A stretch of DNA of 64,000 nucleotides. Source: Ramazzottius varieornatus. Taxonomy: Eukaryota > Animalia > Tardigrada. The DNA lies in the NCBI GenBank assembly GCA_001949185.1, contig BDGG01000006.1, positions 1,904,827 through 1,968,826 on the forward strand, given 5' to 3'. Positions within the stretch are counted from its first letter, which is position 1; the number at the start of each line of letters is the position of its first letter. Position numbers and translations under genes: made by a program. The notes beneath the pieces were generated by a model, which did no database searches, had not been told where the DNA came from, and saw only the letters and a program-made list of their open reading frames with translations. This document shows positions 24,755-37,370 of the stretch, piece after piece.

Positions 24755-27450
24755 TAAGGATGGGGGTTCCTATGGACTAACTCCTTGGAACTGGAACTGG
24801 ATGGAATTCCGAAGAGTTCCTAAATTCCTGTATTCCAGTTTCCAAATCAAACAGGTTAAAAATCGGAATTCCAAGAAGGTAATCAAAAGCTTAGGAAACA
24901 GTAGGAACAGCAATTTACTGCCGAAAATCAGGTCCAAATACTGTAGCACAAATAGTCTATCATAGTAAACATCCCATGTTCTGTTCAACCGGCGGTTTGT
25001 ACCCAAACAAATCGTTCAACGTGAAGAAATCTACAGTCACTGAATCACTGACTAGCTCAGCCGCATCTTCAACGCCAGCTTCCAAGAAAACATGAATAAA
25101 GTCCGAAAACTCACTAACAATACTCTGCTGGTTAGTCAACGTGCTTCCAGCGTCAGTAGGTGCACACCCCGTCGGCTCGATCAAGTCGATCAAATTCACC
25201 TCTCCTACTTCCTTTTCGAGACCTTCCAGTCGACGTTTCTTTGAGGGTCGTCCACGGCGTAGCTCCATCCTAATGGTAGAAAGTCCAGTTGCAAGCTCCA
25301 CTCACATGCGGTTCTTTTCTGTATTGTGTACTCCACCCATCGTACTCCAAAATCTTTCCACACCTGCGGGACGAAGTATTACGATTGAAAAACAGTTTAT
25401 TTGGGAGTTATTAATTGGATGCCGTAAATATCAGGTGGTGCACCACCAGATATGTTCATCAGAGACCTTACCTGTCGCATGCGGTGAGACTTTAAGAAGA
25501 ACAACGGCCAGCTCTGCCAGCTCCTCGTGGGCGGCTGAAACATATTCCCAGATGTCAAACGGATTGTCAAACTGAGATGTATACTTGGGCTCAAAAACAT
25601 TTCTGTTGGTTAAGTAATGAACCAGGGACTGCCCTAGTTTGCCTTGGTTTTTGCCGAACAACTTGATTGAGTTTCGTGCAGATCACACCAAGAGAGCCAA
25701 TGTGCAACGTGGAATGATCCGTCCTGAACGAAGACATCTTGACTTTTGGATGGAGAACCACGGCGCAAACCATCAGCTCAGGATCGTAGAACATCGACTT
25801 TCTAACGTAGCGAGCACGATCTTCCTTACACCTTCATCCAACATCTTCTCGAAAGATTCCTAGATGTCACTGAAGCAAACACCAATGTTTACCAAGGTGC
25901 AATCATCGGACTCTGCCGTTGCCTGAGCTTTCACTAGTGGTCAGAGAACATGGAGGCCCTGTCTTAAAATTGTCCAGAATGCATCATTCTCAAAAGTTTC
26001 TCGATGTTTTTCTCCAAGTGCGTCTTTTCCGGAGTCTCTTTGAATTCCGGCACCAGCTTTAATACGTCTTTAAAGATGAGGTTGACCTGGTGGGAACTAC
26101 ACGCTAGGATCAGCATATGTTCGTACTTTGCAGGCAACAGTCGACGAGCCTTGATGTGAGCGCCATCTGAATCGCATGTAACAGCACGAAACGTACTTCC
26201 GTACTTGTGTTCCATTGTCGTATGACTGCGTCGACTTCAACAACGACGTACTCCCCCTTGTAGTTGAGACCACTGACATCTTTCACGCTTTCGAACACAT
26301 GACTATTCGTTCCATTCTCGTCACGGACAATCGCCACCAAACCTGCAGAAACAACCATCAGTCTCAAACGGTAAAAAGACGTAACCAACCGGTGGTGCAC
26401 CACCGGTTGGAGTAGCATCAAGAGGAAATAGTTATTACCCAAGAGTTCGTTCTGAGAAACGTTTTTGAAGCATCAAACGTCAATGAGACATCCTGCTTGT
26501 GGCTGATGACTCGCGTGACCTACGATACAGCATCGTCGATTCTCGATTTCAGGATTCGATCCGTCAAAACCCTTCGGGAAGGCATTGCCACGGTTGGTCG
26601 TAGAAACTGAAACAACTTGACCAGTGATTCATTCCCAATGGACTGTAAGGAGAAGCTGCAGTCTGCCCAGGTGTCTGCAGAAAGTATCTCCAACTGCTGC
26701 TTCTCGACTTTAGTCAAGCTTCGATCCAGAAATCCAAACATGCCCGACTGTTTCTTGCCTCTTGGATCAGGCTCTGCTTTCTTCTCGGGTTTTGCAGCAT
26801 ATTTACTCTTGACTTCTTTAGGGACATGCTTGCATTTGGTCAGGTGGTTTTGCAGATAATACTTCTCACCACGAATAATCTCCAGTCGAAGGACGTTCGC
26901 TTTCTTGCAATGCTTGCAAGTAGCTTGGTGATGCCGCGCCTTCTCGATTTTCTCCTTCTTCCTGTCGAATTCGTCCCATATGTCCAGGCGTAACTTTGCC
27001 TCTGGTTTCACCTCCAGCACGCAAGACTCATCCTCCTTCGAAGAAGCCATATGTTCTCTGGGAAGAAGAACAAAACAAAGAACGACAAAATGAACAATAC
27101 AGTAGGTGCACCCACTGTATTGTTTAAACTAATCTGCTAGCGCGGCATCGCAAATACCGTACTAAAAAGGCAAGAAACTCCCACACATTTAATTACTTGG
27201 TGGAAGCTTTCGCAGTTCCACTGCGCCAAGTCAGCTACATTAGATCGCAACTGAAATTCCAGATCAGTTCCTGGTTTCCAAACAGGAACTCCAGTTCTCC
27301 ACATTGATTGATAGAGCTGGAATTCCAAATCGCGTCTAATTTTCCAAATAGGAATTCCAGTGCTCCAAATCGAGCTCAGCTGGAACTGGAAGGAACTCCT
27401 CTGCTCCTATAGGAATTGGAATGGAACGGAACTTGGAATCCCCATCCTTA
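24755..27450 (-). mobile_element. hAT-family DNA transposon, 2696 bp
   Basis: 16-bp TIRs TAAGGATGGGG(G/A)TTCC (15/16). 8-bp TSD CATAACAC/CATAACGC (7/8). GGAAC/GGAAT subterminal repeats at both ends. Internal transposase remnants. Confidence 0.93.
24960..27050 (-). pseudogene. Decayed hAT transposase
   Basis: BED zinc finger (DIWDEF...TCKHC...HLTKCKH), MPSRRVL, SLTFDA (first Asp), AVTCDSD (second Asp), CSSH (CxxH), LHPKVK, and hATC region SPHATG|VERFWSTMG (catalytic Glu). Broken by several stops and frameshifts. Confidence 0.88.
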
Positions 27451-30400
27451 CATAACGCCATGCTTCGACCGATAGAATCAAGTAATCAAATAGCACGCGT
27501 CTGGCCGAGCTCCGGCAAGGCGAGCAGGCTCGTTAATGTTCCTGATTTTTCAGTTTTGAAACCGTAAAATTAGGTAACACATCTCGAGCGAGTGGACTGT
27601 ATTAAAGATGCGGGACATGTAGTGCGTCATGTTCAGCAAACGCAGTATTAGCAAAATAGACCTCACCCAAACAGAATATCGATTGCTGTCAATGCGTATT
27701 ACAAGTGCCGGTCAGGCACAATTGATTGCTTTGCACCAGCGGAGTTAGTGCAATCAGTCCATATGGATCCTGTGAATATCTTGTGCATGAAGTTTTCACA
27801 TAAAGGCCAAAACTCAAAACTGGAACTTTCAGTGGATTTCGTCATTAGATGTTCACCTCTACTTAAAAATTACGTCATCCACAGGTCGTACATCAGGGTA
27901 CTATCTGTCCTTCGCGGCAAATTATTTTGTATGGCCGCCGCTGCCCCACATTTCTCCAGACTGTTCTTTCATAGTTTGAAAACAGGGAAGATGTTGGTCA
28001 AACCATTCACGCTTACACGCACAATATTGTCATGGTGTCCAGCTGTGCGTATCCACTTTGATGTCTAGAAGGCCTGCTCTGTCCCCATTGCACTTGACTG
28101 GGCACCATGGTGGGTTCCCCAAACCAGGAAGAGAGGCTTTCAAATTCTCCACCGTATCCAGCCTCATTTGCATTTATATCACTATAAAATACACACCAGC
28201 CGGCCAACGCTTGAGCTGCTGGATTGAAATAAATTGCCTCTGATTGAATTCTTCAGAGATGTTCGAGATGACAGTGAAGCACGTGCAATGGTCAATCAGG
28301 GAACAGTTTACAGTAGAAAAGGAGCTTCGTTAACCCTGATAGGATTTCAACCCTGGATTTAAAGGACCTTCACACTTCCATATCCTCTCGATTTCGTCCA
28401 CGCTCATTAAATTAGAGATGTGATACGCAAACACGGTTGAATATCCTCAGTATTGATTTTCCTGGTAAATTGACCCGTCAAGCAATCAAGGGCGATTGAT
28501 AACGAAGTGAGCGACGAGGAAGTTGCGATTCAGCTGTCCTTGTTATTTTGCCTTGTTTTGCAGGAATGTGGAAGGAAGGTGAGAGACTTGACACTTGGTT
28601 ACGGTAATTAGTTGTAGTGTGCTGAAGAAAGATGTCCAGCTGGTTCTGTGGTGGTGGTAGTGGCAGACCAGCCTTAAAGGTGGTCGCGACCTCTTGAAGC
28701 GCGACAAATTAAACGTGAAAGCAAGCGGAACGTGCCGGAGACGCCGCACCAGTCTTGTAGACTTGCACTACACCTTCTCCACCAGACTGTAACCATATAA
28801 ATGAAGCTCGAGCTGTCCGTCACTGTGAAGCGACATGTGGCCCACTACACTAACCGTGACCAACAGTTGATCCAACCAAGAAGAGACAAAGAAGAAAAAA
28901 ATTGATGGTCAACTGAGCGAGACTTCCACTGTACATCGGTTTCCCCTCGGTGATAAATGGATGGTCACCGGAATCCCTGTTATACAGCCACTCACCAGAG
29001 TAACAATTCTCTACGACTTTTCACAGCGCATAAGTTGAAACAGACTTTTTCGCTTCCGGGTCAGAACGGGAAGTCAGGGAGGATAGACGGCGGGATAAAA
29101 TCGGCTTGAAAGTAATATCGCTAAGTACGTGCGCCACATTGTTGACCTTCAAGAACAAGATTATCGCTTTCAGACGGGGAATTAAATAAAGCTGGGCTCA
29201 CTTGATTGCCCGAGTATGGGCTACAGAGGGGTGATTCCTGCAGCAATGAGCGCGCCTAAAGCATACTTGATGCCTGTCCATCCCTCCAAACAAACTTGAG
29301 TTTTAGTCTTTAATTAAGCGGATCGCCCAGTCAAAGCGCTATTTGAGCATATCCCATTCCGATTCCTGAAACAGCTGCCGACCACTCAGCATTTCATGGA
29401 GCAAGAGCGAGATTATGCGCGCAGCGTTAATGCATCGTGTGCAATGGGCGAAAGAGGCACTGTATGTAAGAGATCCTAAGGCAAAAAAGGGAGTGTTTCC
29501 TCGTCGAGGAGCCTCTTTTGTCCACCCGAAGCATGGTCAAAGGACAAAATTACAGGCGCACAGCGGCCAATTTCGATAATGGAATGTTGTGAAGTAACAA
29601 CCGTGGCCACGTCACAATATTATTTCCACCCTCTGGAGTCAGGAAGTGGAAGTAACAACATATGCAATACCGCAGAGGCTAAAGCGACCCGTGGCAATAA
29701 ATTCTCCGAGTGAAAGCGATGCGTGTGGTTGATGATGTATTTTGACCGGTTTCGGAGCACTTAAAAGTTTGCAGTCTCGGTGGATTACCCAAAATTAAAA
29801 AGCCCCGCAAAATTAGCCTAAATGGCGTAACCGATTGAGCAGCCTTATTTTTCACTTTTCCGCTGCTATCTCTCGACTTCACACTGACGACGAAATTTCG
29901 AATATTGATCAGGGAAGACTCCTCATTTACCTAAATGAAGAGGACAATTAGTAATGCATGGAAAATATGCATGGGGAATATAATAAGCTGATAAGCCTCT
30001 CCTGCTTTTATTACACTTGAGCTCCTCATTAGAATATCCACTGTCCAGCCACGGAAAACAAGTAATGAGCAGCCATGTGCAATGCCGGCAGGCATAATAC
30101 GGTTTCGCCTTTGTGGACGGTATTCTGTACTGTTTGAAACAACAATCAAGGATTTAGCGCTAATGCAGGACATCCGTTCCGCTGCTTTGGGAAACTCGAG
30201 CTATGCATGGGAAGAGCGCTGGTCGGCTGATGACTCCGATGAAGACTCATAATGTGCTTTCATCTGTCGTTTCATATCGCATCATTCGCGGCCATTCTTA
30301 CCGCTTTATGATCACGCATACACTCAACGCCGGATAATTCACAGTAGCGAACCGAGATCGGATTACCATATTTTCCATGCATATGAATTCGTATATGGGC

Positions 30401-31614
30401 CAACCATAAAGATGAACGATAGATTCATCACCGCCTCGTAAAGCTGCTTTCGTTTCGATACACTTACTTAACGCCTGGATTTTACGCTAGCTTAAAAGTC
30501 AAGGTCGGGAAACACTAAGCCTAATTTTAATTACGTAACAAGGAAGTAACAGAAAAACAAGTTTCTCAGATCTGGCTGCTTACCTTGGGAACTTCAAATG
30601 TAGTTCGGCGGAGGAACTGGATACGACGACGAGAGTCAAGATGAGTCAATACCGGTACCCTCTTTTCGAGTCGGGCAAACAGAATTCCAATCGACACAGG
30701 GGAAAAAGTGGTTTAGTAGAAACTCGATCTGCAAAACAACAACAAGAATTTTGTAGCGTCTGAAATCGTTCACGATGAGATTCGGACGTGCGATATCAGT
30801 AGCAAGTACGGGAAAGAATTTGCATCTGACATCAGTACCACAATTGTTTGGGTTTTGAATGCTTGATAACACAAACTGATAAGCAGGCAAAAAGGCGCAG
30901 AATGTTAACAAGACAGTTGAAAGAAATGTACGCGCATGTCATTTACTCGGCTTTCCTCGTCATGCTTCAATCAAAACGCACAAGCTCCGTGTGAGACGCT
31001 CCACTGCATCCGAGATATCGGGAGAAGCTGAGAAACGTGACAGAAGGCATGTGGTTGGGAAACAGTAAAGGAAGAATATTTTTTGTGGAGAGAAAAGGGA
31101 AACGCTCGTTCTAGTCCATCAAATATGGATGATCTAACTTTTTATCCCGAACACGAAAAAAAACATACCGCAAAAGACACAATGGCGTAGTGCCGGATCA
31201 ATGCTCGGAAAATATCGGGAAGGTTGAATGGGGGGATGCAACGTACAAAGCCGAACAAAAGCACGCTCAGGAAAATTACGCTATTGGGATATCTCTCCAC
31301 AGACCTGGCCGTATAGTATTCCACGCACACGCGGGGATGTTTCTTGTCCTGGATAGCTCAACAACGGACACAAAGCGACCAATTCCTCGTCAGTACGCTA
31401 TCTTCCACTCTGAAACGGAAACACAAATTGATTGTGGCCCTTGGGTAGAATGCAGGCACAAAGAGGGGAGGACCTCACTGCGCTTGATCCGTAATGCGAA
31501 ACGCAGAGCACCAAGTACCCCTCGATCAACTCGGTCTGGCAAACCGACCTGATACGGCACTCACCGCCGAGCTTACTGTCGGTGTGGCTGGCTCGAAAGT
31601 TGCACTTCTCATCT

Positions 31615-31663
31615 TAAGTGGCGCACGTTTTCGTTGTAATTTGGCGAAAGCATGCGCCACTTG
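31615..31663. repeat. 49-bp palindromic element (in the gene-poor region)
   Basis: TAAGTGGCGCAcgttttcgttgtaatttggcgaaagcaTGCGCCACTTG. Confidence 0.8.
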
Positions 31664-34600
31664 CGCAGACGCCGTGGTTCAGTTCATTTGCCCAGCTTGT
31701 ATAGCTTTCTGTTTGGCTTTTCCTGACTAGATGACAACCACACTGGTGGAGCAAGTTCTGGACCGAGTCGATCAAAGCGGAGGAGCAGCGCTTAATCAGA
31801 ATATTGGGTTGATCAATAGCACGCGTATCCCGTCGCGATCTTCCCTGATTCCCTGTTCTGCCCATTACAGAGCAGTAGGAAATCCAATACGGGATCACGT
31901 AGCCACTATACTACAACTCCGCTCCTGTCTGCCTCGATCTCCTACATTCCGGCTGAGCGTATCGAGGCCAGTAAGGCCGTTAACAGTTTGCGGGCAAAGT
32001 AAGTATAAATTGAACGGCGCGTTAAAACCACACATCGTAAAATATGCAGAGCGTTGGGCAGCACGGAGGATAAATACTATTACGGTGGCTGCTCGGACAT
32101 TTGGCTGTCGATTGCATTGGCCCAAGACGACTCAAGCTGTTACCCCAGTGCGCGCTGCACAAAGTGGGTATCTGGCTTCGACGATGGATCCAGGTCCTCC
32201 CAACGCTGAAGCGTGTCAGTGTGGAGCTTGAGCGTGTGAAGCAGGCAGCTCTACAGGGATCAATTATTTGCCCATCATTTCCGCGCCGGTTCGCTGATTA
32301 GCTTTCTGACGAGATGCTTAGCAAGAAATGGCAGTTACGAGACCTACTTCCTCACAAAAACTGTCTAGGCTGCTCGGAAACCGTAAAGGCACCTTACGCT
32401 GACGTCACTGTGTGTTAGATGACGACTTTCAAGCTTTGCACGCCACGGAGGGATTTTAGCCTTCTGTCAATAGAGTGGTAACCATAACTTGCAGCAAAAA
32501 ACGGCCATCTTTCACTTCTTCATCCTCATTGCTGCACGTTCCAGAAACATCGGTTCTACCGAGTTCAGCGTTGAGCATATGATTAATTTTGCTTTTCACA
32601 AAAGACGGATGAGTAATTCACGCTTCAGTGGGGGATCGGCGGTATGAGTAAATCTCTGGTCTTCGTCGGTCCTCGAAAGTAACTTACGAATAGAAAGTTC
32701 TTTTCTGAGCCGAAAACCGACAAAGCTCTTTCTGAAGAGCCAATCAGTGTTTGAATGGCCCCAGACGGTATCGAGTATTCTGAGTATGGAAATCAGCTTG
32801 AATCGATATCATGTGCGCCACTGTTGAGTCGATGTGGCTTTGGGCGAAACAAGAGCCATTTTTGACGCTTTGTTAACGAGACCTCTCTGGCGTCAGCGTT
32901 CGATCCGTAGCAAGTTCAAGTGAACATTGGCACGCGTGGGATTTCAAGCACGTTCCCCGCGCACTCCGTACGGCGCACGGCGTCCATTAATAATCTAGCA
33001 TGGTAATTAAGCTGAAGTGCGCTTCTCTTTGTGAACTCGAACCGTAGAAAAAAGCGCTTTGGAGAAAACAGTTAACAGCTGTGTAAAATTCAATAGAGTA
33101 ACGATCCTTCTTTACTATCACTGCATCCGTCATTTTTTATAACTTCAAAGGTTTTCAATAGTCTAGTTTTGGTTTCCGGACTGCAGAACCTGAAAAGAAA
33201 ACTTAGGAAGAACCAAATTTCTGCACAGGCTCAGTCAATGTGCGATTTCAGGTACAGTTATTCCTAGTTGATTGCAACACATACAGTGCCGTCTTTTCTC
33301 ATTGTGGGAAAGGTTTATCAATAAAAGAACGACTTGGGTTGATCTTGGGCAAATAGTCACTATGGTTTTGTGATAATGTATCTAAATGCAAAAAGGTTGA
33401 CTTGGGTCTTTAATCAGCAGAGTTTGTGGGCGAGATGAGCAGATTGTTCGGAGACGAATAACCACACAGCCGGCAGTCTTCGGCTCTTTATCTTTCCGAA
33501 AGCTTTTTCAAGCGCTGTCCGATTAGCATCAAAGAAAAGGTGCTTTCAGCTCATTCCAGATGTGATTGTCTTTGGCCAATCAGCCACACCTTATCCTTTG
33601 CTAACTAGCAGCTAAATGGAATTCACATCTATGCTCGAGAGATAAGATTGGAATATGCGTTAGTAAATACCGCAGATGTTCTCTCGTTGTATCCTTTCCT
33701 TCCAAAATGTACCCGAAGCTGGGCAGGCGAACTGAACCGGATCCTTTTCTTTCTGTCAGCCACTAGGGAACGGAAAAGTGCGCCACGTTGGAAATTATAC
33801 TGGTCTAACTCATCAAACTCTGAACTTCGACTTGACAATGTTGAAATTTATGAGTGGACATGTTCGGTAATCTAAATATTTCTGTTGACAAAGAAATCTT
33901 CGCAAGGCGAATACCAAGTTGGAAAATTAGTGCACTTGTTACGTGGGGTTGTGTTATGCGATATGATGAGAACAGCGCGTTCCTGAATAGCCTTTTAATC
34001 AAGTCGATAGAAGGGCCCTTTATGGTCTTCGATGATGAGACTTCTCATCCCACTCCTCAGAGAAAGCTCAGCCCGATGAATAAACCCATGGAGGGACAAG
34101 TGTGCCGGACAAAAGATGTCTGAGAGAGCAGGATAGCGACGTGACTGTGCAAACTTGCCATTTTCATGCAATCGAGGCTCTAAGATGCCTGTCCCTTCTT
34201 GACCAGGACAAACACGCTCCTCTTCACGCCTTCGTCTTCTCGCCTTTGTGGGTGGCGAATATGTGAAACATTCTTTGATTTCTCACAGTATCATGTCAAG
34301 CTGGCCCATCTTAGCCTTTCTTGAACTTTGAATAGAATTAGCATAAATTTTTTTACTCCTCTTCAAAAGGCTATCAAATCAACAGAGTCGATGGAAGAAT
34401 TTACTCTATGCCTCGATTTTCCGTGGGAAGGTCCCTAGCGCAACAAATCTGAAATATCTCTCCCAGTCTATAAGTAAATTTTGTTCTCCTAAGTTTCGAA
34501 AGAACCTTCCGTTTATTTTTGCAAGGCACAGCGAAATTTCACTACACGGTAGGTGTTGGAGTGATCGGCAGAATGCGCCATCGGGGAGCCTAATTTCGAC

Positions 34601-37370
34601 TTGACAGCCTTCCAACGCCTCCCAACCTGCTTCGCGATATTTGACGTTTCGAAGGCTAGCCCAACAGTACTGGTGTCGAGTACAGGCTGTGTGTGCTAGC
34701 TTGACCTCTACCCACTTTGATCTTGCTTTGGTTTCTATCATGTGCCGCACTGCCCTGTCTGCCGTCGAAGTATGGTCTTCATCAAAGTCGGGCATGTTGA
34801 TGTCCAGAACAGCTTCTCAAACAAACTTTATCTTACCGAATCAGAGCAGGTTGCTTTCCCGAAAATACTGTCGCAGGGTGTGATGAAGACAAGCAAGTGT
34901 TGATTGACAAAGGCGACGTGCCGCTTTCACGTCGAATATACAGTTGACCAAACTGGCGCGGTAAAAACATCGTTCTGTTATATGACACCACACTAAAGGA
35001 CTGATTTGGTCCATAAAGCGATCACAAAATACCGCACTCGAAAGGCCTCATTTAAGAGACGTTTGTCTTGCCGTTAATGAGGTCTTTGCTCTAGCAAAAT
35101 CAGCAGAAATCAAAGACGGGATGTTTATTACCAAAAGTGATAAATCAAAGCGTTAGAAATTCGAGCCATACTGTAAAATATATCGGCTAGACCATTATCG
35201 ACCTTGGATGAGCGGGCACCTGCTACTAACATTGGGGGTACAAACCATTATTATGTTGATCCATCAGAGAAGGCTGAAGTTTCAAGTGACCTTCACTTTT
35301 GTTGTCAAAAGCACGTTAAAAGTATCGGCTGGCTGGAATGAAGAAGAATGGGTTGACAGCGCGAAGTTGAGCCGAAAATTGCACGACGCCACCTGCTGGC
35401 AATACACCATGTTACACTGATCAGCTCGACGGGTATCCACCGCAAATGATCATTCTTCCATCCATCCTCTTCCAAACTGTCAAAATCAAAATTCAGACCC
35501 CGCTAGAACGTGTCAATGCTTTCAGTATTCAACGACAGAAGGGTTGTACAAATTACCCAAAATAAAAGCTGTTGATTTGATGAATTGGTTGATTATTTCG
35601 GTCTAATCGAGCAGGTACATCAGGGTCCTCGATTCATTTGCCAAGGACAAAACGTTCGAGTATTATCGGACATTAAGTCAAGCGACCTTTGTGATGTACT
35701 GACCGTGGTCCATCAATCAAGCAAGTCAACTTCTACACATAGGAAAGTGACCTTCGGGTTTAATATTCGCTCTGGACAAAGCAGCCCGAACCAACACCTG
35801 TGGGACAAATTCAATATAAACGTCCGATATGGCTTGCAGCAATGCTACCATCTGTCAAGTTTGACCAGTGGACTAGCTTTATGTACACTTTGTGCGGCGT
35901 CAATGAATGAGGAATGGTCGGGAATATCCGCATCTTCAAAAGCTAAGCTATGCTAAGCACGATGATCCTTTGGCTCAAGAACAATTATTACTAGCCACAT
36001 ACTCATCTGTTTGTTGTCTGTCCTTGGGGACACATCCATATGCTAGTGAAAGGAGAAAGACCTCACCCAACGTGACCGAATCAAAACCTTCAGGCTAAAA
36101 ATAGCCGTTGGCGCTAATAACCAGGATAACGCTGGCTTTACCCCGTAATGACAGTTTATAAAAGCGCTCTTTAGAGATTATAGAAGTGAAGAGCCTGAGC
36201 TATTATTCGCCTACATGCGGGATCTCAGGACAAATAGAAAAGAACTGTCTGTGCTTGGAAACAAAACATTCCGAAGAACCTCAATAAGGTTAGAGTCGAA
36301 GTTTTACGGATAAGCAACAGTCTTTTCAAACTCCAGCTGGACGAACAGACACAAGGTCAAGTATTTGTCCGTGCCATTTTTCTACGTTTATTCACAGCCA
36401 GATTTTGTTCTCTTCGCTTGGTTGACACATGGAGTGGATGAGCTGAGATACAAGGAATGCTAATCGGTTATCGATGATATAACAGCGATTAGCTCAGAGC
36501 TCATTCTCCTGCATACCACGCCTTACCTTGCGCTAATCACTTCGGGGATCATCCCCCGAGTTGTGAGATGGCCTAGCAGTAAAGGGAACGAACGGGTGTA
36601 GGTAATTTGGCCTGCTGTTGGTGAATTTTCCGCACGGATGGCTGTGATCCAGACAAAACTGTAATTAACGTTCGGCTGCACGCAAGGTGAATTCGTGAAA
36701 GGTAGCGGACGGTGTCCAACTGCGCACGTTTGACTACAGGATGTTGGTCTGCAAGGTTTGGCTTGACTTCAAGGAAATTGCCTGCGAAAGGAACAATGCA
36801 AGTGGCGTCCGTCATGTGAATTCACAAAATTCCTCCCGCTGGGCGCAATGACAATACCCATGATATACGGGCTTGTCCTTCTTCATTCAGAATTATTCGC
36901 AGACATTGAAAAGTAATATTCCACCCACTTCCAACGCAAACTGCCGTGAAAGCGATCCGCCGATCGGACGTTGATGATCACCTTTTGAAGTATAATTATC
37001 TACTCGTGCTGAAAATTCCTCTTTTCCTGTTTCGGACAATGGGAACAAGATGACATGAATCATTTGGTGATTCTTGACCAAAATGATCTTGTGTACAGTC
37101 TTTGTTGTAAAGTCAGGACAAATGACACGCTTGATGCGGCTTTGTTACTTTTCAGTGGTTATTCAAGGAATGCCGACTTGGTGAATCCGGTGTATCGACT
37201 ATATCTCGTGGCTGAGATCTACTATCATAGCAAACACGTGGGGAGGAACATAGTTTCCAAATTCCCACCAAATGGATCCTCCTGTAAGAAAACTAAAGAT
37301 AGCCGGACCGACGGGACTGCCTTTGCCACGCCGCACGAGCTTTCTTTGGGTACACAAAAGATCATACGGA

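Larger units (their letters stand above)
24637..27599. mobile_element. TA-flanked MITE (Tc1/mariner/pogo type, about 260 bp net), split by a hAT insertion
   Basis: 44-bp TIRs CAGTCCACTCGCTCGAGATGTGTTACCTAATTT(G/T)ACGGTTTCAA at 24637-24680 and 27556-27599 (43/44 identical). TA at 24635-36 and 27600-01. Confidence 0.88.

Noticed and set aside
24780-24880. GGAAC/GGAAT repeats, and the 49-bp palindromes, as a CRISPR-like array
   Set aside because: The context is eukaryotic and there is no repeat-spacer periodicity. The GGAAY motifs are hAT subterminal repeats.
31190-34883. ORFs 31731-32231, 33854-34123 and 34406-34795 as possible missing cyclase or kinase exons of the receptor
   Set aside because: None has guanylyl cyclase (SDIVGFT, YKVETIGD, MPRYCLFG) or kinase-homology motifs.
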